From Marsupella aquatica (taxonomy: Eukaryota > Plantae > Marchantiophyta), in the NCBI GenBank assembly GCA_973895155.1, contig CCZZQB010000012.1, positions 1 through 23,834 of the forward strand: a stretch of 23,834 nt of DNA, in the 5' to 3' direction. The notes below the pieces were generated by a model. The model worked only from the letters and a program-made list of their open reading frames with translations. It made no database searches and was not told where the DNA came from. Made by a program: the position numbers and the translations under genes. Positions 18,702 to 23,834 of the stretch are shown here, piece after piece (the stretch's first letter is position 1; each line of letters begins with the position of its first letter).

Positions 18702-19409
18702 ATGGTGTCATATGAAATAAGTTGGATCAAGAAAAGGAAACAACCGCTGACCGCACTCATCGTCATCGTCTGGAGTGTCATCGGCCTTATCGCGGGCGGC
18801 ATGATCGCGACCGAATTCGGCCCGCTGTTCGGCTGGCGCAACATGGAAGGCATGTCGGCCTATTTCGGTCTGCTGTTCGGTTCGCCGCTGGGTCTCATCG
18901 CGGGCGCGGTGTTCGGCTATCGCATGTCGCGCGGCTTCGGCGAGGACGCCAAAAAGCGCGGCAACTTCCTGTTTCTCACGTTTGTCGGGGTCGGCGCGCT
19001 TATCGCGGGCATCGTTGCGCTTGAGGCGTATCGTACGCGCGATCATCTCGACCCTTCGCTGTCGATCACGTGCTACATGCGGCTGCCCGAAGGCGTGGCC
19101 ACGCCGCCGAAGGATACGAAGTCAACGCTTGAACTGCGCAGCGACAAGGAGACGCGCAGATCGTCGCCCTACAATGTGCCGGAGTGGGAAATGAAGGACG
19201 GGCGCGCGACCGCGCAGAACAGCGTCGAGGTCTATCGCGCGACCGTGAATCGCGAGGCGGCGGTGACGATTGGCAATGGCCCGACCTATGTGTTCAGGCT
19301 CAACGCGCCCGCGCGGCCGAAGATCTATTCGTACGAGGGTGCGTGGCAGAAGGCGGACGCGGTGGAAGGCGCGGGTGGTGTGGGGATGGAGGCGAGGTGC
19401 GGGATGTGA
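18702..19409 (+). CDS. Hypothetical membrane protein (about 3 N-terminal TM helices plus a soluble C-terminal domain)
   Basis: Hydrophobic segments LIVIVWSVIGLIAGGMIA, YFGLLFGSPLGLIAGAVFG and FLFLTFVGVGALIAGIVAL, with high-GC codon usage. The start is uncertain (18702 ATG or 18747 CTG). Confidence 0.75.
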   Translation: MVSYEISWIKKRKQPLTALIVIVWSVIGLIAGGMIATEFGPLFGWRNMEGMSAYFGLLFGSPLGLIAGAVFGYRMSRGFGEDAKKRGNFLFLTFVGVGALIAGIVALEAYRTRDHLDPSLSITCYMRLPEGVATPPKDTKSTLELRSDKETRRSSPYNVPEWEMKDGRATAQNSVEVYRATVNREAAVTIGNGPTYVFRLNAPARPKIYSYEGAWQKADAVEGAGGVGMEARCGM

Positions 19410-19413
19410 GGAG

Positions 19414-21093
19414 CTAATTGAAAGAGTTGCGAAGATCTTTTTGCACAGCCTCGAGCAATTTTGGGCCCTTCGCAATAATATCGGTCGCGCCCAACTTGTC
19501 ATAGCAAGCTTTGACGGCCTTAATGCTTTCCTCAATCACGTCTTGTTTGATCGCCTTAGGATCGATAGCTGCGATGTGCTTCACTGCCGGTTTTGCGCTC
19601 TTCGTTAAGATCGCTGCTGCATACATGACGACGTAGAACAAAAGATTGTTCTTATCTTTTGGCAGAAGGTCTTCACGCGATCTTAGATTTGCTTGCGCCA
19701 ACTTTATTATGCTAGTCGCGACCAAATAAAGCTCGATGGGATAGTCAGTGCTGAAAATCTTGCCGTAGTCCTCGTCTTTCTTGAGAAGTGATGAAGGGCG
19801 CGCGCGCGCGTCATCGGGTCGTTGCATAGCAATGGACATAATCGATTGAGCAACCAGCGGGATGCTGATTATTTGTTCGACTGCACGACCTTCGTTTTTG
19901 TGTCCATTCTTTCGTCGATCGTAGAAAAATCCAAACGGACGTAGGAATTCTTCGATGTCTCGTTGAATTTTATCCGTCGCGCGGAGCGATGCCGGAGGAA
20001 TATTGGTTTGACTATTGGTTGCCTTGATAATTCGGTCGCTACTTTCCGCGTTTGACGGTATCACGACTCGAACCATGACACTCCGGTCGTCGTCGGCGGT
20101 GTTAGAGTCGCGAAAATACTTGAATATTTCGGTAGACGTTTGAAGTCCGTTCACTAATTGCGGGTCTTCGATTGTGAGCGTCTTACTGCTTTGTACCGCT
20201 TTATGCGCGATGATAGTGACACCGTTATTGAGCCACCAAAAATCCTCGCCACCCTTCTTTTTGAGGGATTTTTGAATCTCATCGTTGACTTGATTCGTGC
20301 CTTGGTAGTCCCGCACGTTAGCTTCAAATAAATTCTTTCGAAGGTTCCCGTGAGTGTCGGTGATGAATTTATCGAATTCACCCAGCTTGACTAGCGCTAT
20401 ATATCCACCTTGGGCGCTGATGCTTTCGTTGACGGTTAGGTTGAAAGATGTGAGTGGCTGTCGTCGTGCAAATTCTAACAAATCTGAAGCGCCAAAGAAT
20501 TCGAAACTAAAAGTTGCAGACGAAAACAGGCTTTTCACTGCTTTCTCTAAACTTAAGACTTTACGAGCAACGTTTGGATGAACTTCTTTTGAATTTCCCC
20601 GCGTAGCGTAAATGTAGGAAAATTTTAGCGTTGGGAATCTAGCTGCTAGAGCTTTATAGACATTTCTAAAGTTCGATATGTTTGATCGGACGCCTTCATT
20701 GTATACTTTTTTGAGTGCCTCAACTTGCTTGCTAAGATCAAGCAGATCGTTGGTTGCCGCAACAAATCGATTGATAGTGTCTTCGTCAAATCCGTCAGAT
20801 TGTTTGCTTTGAACTATGATTATTTCAAGTGCTGCATTCTTTTTTAAGCTGGTTGCGTCGAAATCGTCCTGTACCAATTCGCCGTTTGCAAAGATATATA
20901 TTCCATCAATGCCTCCGTCGCCGCCGTTTCCTACAAGGCCTGACTCAATTTCTTCTTCTGAAAGATCGTAGTCCTTCAAAACCTGCTCAACTACATACAT
21001 TTCGAAAAATGCAGATTTAGTAATTGAAGCCGCGCGCTGGCTTCTTTGCTGCTCTAATGCTTGGTCTAAAATGATCTGATCATTGTTCGCCAT
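19414..21093 (-). CDS. AIPR family protein (abortive infection phage resistance), about 559 aa
   Basis: Contains LFEANVRDYQG, FWWLNNGVTII, PQLVNGLQTSTEI and IIKATNSQT, characteristic AIPR motifs. The N-terminus carries GDGGIDG...IVQSK. The start is MANNDQ at 21093, or the alternative at 21111. The gene is clearly AT-richer than its flanks. Confidence 0.9.
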   Translation of the reverse strand: MANNDQIILDQALEQQRSQRAASITKSAFFEMYVVEQVLKDYDLSEEEIESGLVGNGGDGGIDGIYIFANGELVQDDFDATSLKKNAALEIIIVQSKQSDGFDEDTINRFVAATNDLLDLSKQVEALKKVYNEGVRSNISNFRNVYKALAARFPTLKFSYIYATRGNSKEVHPNVARKVLSLEKAVKSLFSSATFSFEFFGASDLLEFARRQPLTSFNLTVNESISAQGGYIALVKLGEFDKFITDTHGNLRKNLFEANVRDYQGTNQVNDEIQKSLKKKGGEDFWWLNNGVTIIAHKAVQSSKTLTIEDPQLVNGLQTSTEIFKYFRDSNTADDDRSVMVRVVIPSNAESSDRIIKATNSQTNIPPASLRATDKIQRDIEEFLRPFGFFYDRRKNGHKNEGRAVEQIISIPLVAQSIMSIAMQRPDDARARPSSLLKKDEDYGKIFSTDYPIELYLVATSIIKLAQANLRSREDLLPKDKNNLLFYVVMYAAAILTKSAKPAVKHIAAIDPKAIKQDVIEESIKAVKACYDKLGATDIIAKGPKLLEAVQKDLRNSFN

Positions 21094-21161
21094 ATCGGAC
21101 CCAAATTTCAATTTGTGAAAAAATCGGTGAATACTGGCCGTATATCTTTTGCGTTACAACC

Positions 21162-21190
21162 TTGACTTAGCTTTGGACTAAGATTATATT
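21162..21190 (+). promoter_or_regulatory. Sigma70-type promoter TTGACT-N17-TATATT
   Basis: The -35 box is at 21162-21167 and the -10 box at 21185-21190, with an exact 17-nt spacer. The predicted TSS is about 21197-21198. Confidence 0.75.
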
Positions 21191-21196
21191 CCTATT

Positions 21197-21570
21197 CATC
21201 CCGCCCCACCTGAGGGGCGTTGTCCGGGACGCTTGATTGCGCGGGGCGGGATGCGGCGCCCGCGCGCGTGAGGAGTGACGCACTCCTTCGCACCCGGGAG
21301 GCCCCGGTTCGCCGACCGGCTCCACTACGGGAGCCTGCCTTCGGTGGCTGCACGCGGCGCAGGTGACGAGCGGCGAAATCCGCTCCGATGAACGCAAAGT
21401 CAAAAGCTTTGCGGATCCCGCGCCCGGAAGAGCGGCACCGGGGACTGAAAAACCGCGACGGAGCGTCGAAAGGCGTTACGCGATGAGTGCGGTGTTTCGA
21501 AAACATCGCGGCCCATCGCGGCACTACCAAGTCGCGCCTTTCGGCGCTCCGCTCCCTCTTCGATGAGGGA
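21197..21570 (+). ncRNA. Candidate highly structured non-coding RNA or repeat element (unassigned family)
   Basis: Perfect 11-bp stem 21197-21207/21243-21253, several hairpins, a 17-bp inverted repeat 21459-21475/21535-21551 with nested stems, and a terminal hairpin 21553-21570. There is no convincing ORF. Confidence 0.55.
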
Positions 21571-21659
21571 CGAATTGAAAAATTGGACGACATCGTTGGA
21601 CGGACACCCGCTTTGGCGCGGAGACGTCATTCATCATGCGCGATCGGAAAGGACTAGCG

Positions 21660-21911
21660 ATGCAAACCACAAATCCACATCATGCCCGCAAGCTCTACGA
21701 CGTGCTGACGCGCATGGCGCAGATTCGAAACTGTTCGGCGACCTGCGATCTGGCCGATTGCCGACGCGCGCGAAAATGCGTGGGCATCGAACGCCGATGT
21801 GTGTGGACGCTGCCGGATCGGCCTTTCTGGCTGGCGCGGGATCATGTGGCCGAGTGGCACGACCTGGTGCGCTCCCGGCAGCAATGCCTCAAGGCACTCA
21901 GAGCCAAATGA
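21660..21911 (+). CDS. Small Cys-rich hypothetical protein (83 aa; C-x3-C-x4-C-x5-C-x6-C), putative metal-binding
   Basis: AAAGGA RBS precedes ATG 21660. Sequence ...RNCSATCDLADCRRARKCVGIERRCVW... Confidence 0.65.
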   Translation: MQTTNPHHARKLYDVLTRMAQIRNCSATCDLADCRRARKCVGIERRCVWTLPDRPFWLARDHVAEWHDLVRSRQQCLKALRAK

Positions 21912-22037
21912 TGCGGCAATTTGCGGCAAAGGTTGTTGGCCCAATATTTTCTCAATATTTTCTTGGCAACTTGCGCGGCGCTCAGGCGTTCCTATGTAGC
22001 GTTGTTTGCGCCATTCGGCGCTTTTGAGGATCGCGTG

Positions 22038-22625
22038 ATGCCGACCCATACGCCCGACGATATTCTGGAGCCGACGCGGGCCAAACCAAGGACTGGCGAA
22101 AAGGCTGGCGGGCCGCAAAAGCGCAGCACCACCATCGATCAGGACGGCAACGAAGTCCACGGTTCAAGGTCCGGCGGCTTTGCAGGCCGCATGAACAGCG
22201 GACCTTTCGGCGCGTCGGGACTGGATTTCGAGAATATTTCCGGCGCCATCGGCGGCATTTCGTTCGGCGCGCTCACGCGCGAACAGCGGTTCGCGCGGCT
22301 CGATGCGCTGGCGAAGCTGCTCGATGTCGCCTTCGTGCTGCCCGGAACGAATATCCGCTACGGCATCGATGGGCTTGTGGGTTTGATCCCGGTGGTCGGC
22401 GATTTGCTCACGACGGCGATCTCATTGTGGATCGTGCGCGAGGCGCGTTCGCTCGGCGCGCCGCGTCATGTGGTGGCGCGGATGCTGGGAAATGTGGCGC
22501 TGGATGGCGTGGTGGGACTTGTGCCGTTTGTCGGCGACGCGTTCGACGTGATGTTCCGCGCCAACATCCGCAACATGCGGCTGCTGCGAAAGTGGATGGA
22601 GAAGCAGCCGCGTCAGGACGTGTAG
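22038..22625 (+). CDS. DUF4112 domain-containing membrane protein (about 195 aa)
   Basis: LAKLLDVAFVLPGTNIRYGIDGLVGLIPVVGD...RMLGNVALDGVVGLVPFVGDAFDVMFRANIRN is a typical DUF4112 pattern. GAGGA RBS lies 7 nt before ATG 22038. Confidence 0.88.
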   Translation: MPTHTPDDILEPTRAKPRTGEKAGGPQKRSTTIDQDGNEVHGSRSGGFAGRMNSGPFGASGLDFENISGAIGGISFGALTREQRFARLDALAKLLDVAFVLPGTNIRYGIDGLVGLIPVVGDLLTTAISLWIVREARSLGAPRHVVARMLGNVALDGVVGLVPFVGDAFDVMFRANIRNMRLLRKWMEKQPRQDV

Positions 22626-22646
22626 GGAATTGAAAGCGGCCGGCGC

Positions 22647-22940
22647 TTAACCGGCAGCAGCCTGCTTTTCATCGTCCGAGGTCGGCGCAGGCTCTGGACG
22701 GTTGCGCTTGAGCGGAAACTCGGCCGACTCATAAAGAGTGCGGATGCCGCTCTGGTCGAAACGGGCCTCGTCCACCTGGAGGTAAGCGCCGTTCAGCGAG
22801 TCGGCGGGAAGCTGCTCGATGGCAAATTGCACGGCTTCGGCTGCGGTCGGAAAGCGGCGGTACGCGAAGCCGGCACGTTTCTTCTTGCGGATCGCCGCAG
22901 GAAACAACTCAGCTTCGGTATTGTAATTAAACGCAGCCAT
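22647..22940 (-). CDS. Conserved hypothetical protein (97 aa) of Rhizobiales type
   Basis: [14 protein letters not shown]...[19 protein letters not shown]...[11 protein letters not shown]...LYESAEFPL resembles an uncharacterised family I recall from this group. An AAGAAGG RBS-like motif lies upstream. Confidence 0.8.
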   Translation of the reverse strand: MAAFNYNTEAELFPAAIRKKKRAGFAYRRFPTAAEAVQFAIEQLPADSLNGAYLQVDEARFDQSGIRTLYESAEFPLKRNRPEPAPTSDDEKQAAAG

Positions 22941-23160
22941 GGCTTCGGCCTTCTTGATGTTGATTTCGCTGACATGACGGGCGTGGCGCGGGTCGGAAGT
23001 GCCGTCGCGCGGCGTGCGTCATTCATTCCAAGAACAGTCCCTAATATAGGCCTTTTTCCGCCAATTGCGACCCGTCATTGGAAGCATGATGAATGGCGCG
23101 ATGAAACCTTCCGGTTCCTGATAAATGCTTGGAAATCAAGGCTCTATTGGTAAACGCGCA

Positions 23161-23190
23161 TGAAAATGCCCGCAGCGTTTAGCTGCGGGC
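23161..23190 (-). terminator. Rho-independent terminator of the 23204-23641 gene
   Basis: A 9-bp perfect stem GCCCGCAGC/GCTGCGGGC (23168-23176/23182-23190) is followed by ATTTTCA on the minus strand, 13 nt after the stop codon. Confidence 0.75.
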
Positions 23191-23203
23191 TCGAGCGCTA
23201 TTT

Positions 23204-23641
23204 TCAGCGGATTTGAACGGTATCTGCGAACGGGCGCGGGCTCGATTTGTCCGTATCGGCAACCGCCATTTTTTCTTCGGTGATCGGCACGACGCGAAGC
23301 TGCGTTTGATAGGGCTCAATCTGCACGGCGGTGTTCGCCGTCAGCACGAATTTCTTCACGGGGGCCTGTTCCTGTTCGCCGCTGATGCCGCGCCTCTCGC
23401 GATATTGCCAAACCTGCATGGAACCGCGTTCGACAAGCAGCTTGGTGACGCCATCGGCATTCTTGCCGGGGAGCGCATCGACTTCCTGCTTGGTGAGACC
23501 GATGATGATCGCGTCTTTCGGCGTGCTCACCTTGAACAGCTTCACCTTATCCACGGCCAATGCTGGGTGTGATACGATGGCCTCGACGATGAGGCCAACG
23601 AGGCCAAGGCCCAGGACGATATTGGTCGAGGTGCGAGACAT
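23204..23641 (-). CDS. Secreted hypothetical protein (about 145 aa)
   Basis: Signal peptide MSRTSTNIVLGLGLVGLIVEAIVSHPALA|VDKVKLFKV. AAGGA RBS lies 8 nt upstream of ATG 23641. Confidence 0.8.
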   Translation of the reverse strand: MSRTSTNIVLGLGLVGLIVEAIVSHPALAVDKVKLFKVSTPKDAIIIGLTKQEVDALPGKNADGVTKLLVERGSMQVWQYRERRGISGEQEQAPVKKFVLTANTAVQIEPYQTQLRVVPITEEKMAVADTDKSSPRPFADTVQIR

Positions 23642-23834
23642 TGCACAATTCCTTCGAGTGATTTGGCGATTTTTTTGTTTTTGAGACCGGGGGCCGGAAC
23701 ATAAGGCCTCCTGCGGCAACAATGTGGCCGCAGGCGCCCGCCGGTCCTTTATTTTGGTAGATATAGAGACGTTGTTACTTCGGCAAAAGTTTCAGTGCCG
23801 CCGAGTTGATGCAGTAACGCAGCCCGGTGGGGCC

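Noticed and set aside
19798-19811. Alternating (CG)n run inside the AT-rich AIPR gene (Z-DNA-like)
   Set aside because: It is short and explained by the D-A-R-A-R-P codons.
19399-21275. Short direct repeats GCGGGATG (19399, 21246) and GTGAGGAG (19406, 21268) bracketing AIPR as possible att or TSD sites
   Set aside because: These are only 8-mers, picked post hoc. The right-hand copies are non-contiguous and lie inside the structured element rather than at the GC boundary.
21363-21378. Hammerhead-like core GTGACGAG-cgg-CGAAA
   Set aside because: The position equivalent to C3 is G, which breaks the C3-G8 pair. Stem II is essentially absent, stems I and III are not evident, and the bases are better used in the GAGCGG/CCGCTC hairpin.

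Overview
The window is a two-kingdom mosaic. Bases 1-17396 are a head-to-tail nuclear 35S rDNA array: two complete ~8.2-kb units (18S-ITS1-5.8S-ITS2-26S-IGS), flanked by a partial 5'ETS and a truncated third 18S. It comes from a non-angiosperm land plant (bryophyte/lycophyte/fern grade, judged from 18S and 5.8S motifs). I found no linked 5S gene, introns or R2 insertion. At 17396/17397 the 18S is cut at its nucleotide ~282 and joined, without visible repeats, to the inside of a bacterial GGDEF gene. This join is most likely an assembly or read chimera. Bases 17397-23834 are GC-rich alphaproteobacterial-type DNA (probably Hyphomicrobiales). They hold a GGDEF C-terminal fragment, a 32-aa Lys-rich micro-ORF missed by the ORF track, secreted and membrane hypothetical proteins, a stand-alone low-GC AIPR gene, a DUF4112 gene and two conserved hypotheticals. 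The best discovery candidate is the divergent locus at 19414-21911: AIPR on the minus strand and, on the plus strand, a near-consensus sigma70 promoter. Its predicted start site falls at the first base of a ~370-nt, highly structured non-coding segment that leads into a small Cys-rich ORF. All family assignments come from motif recognition, not database searches.
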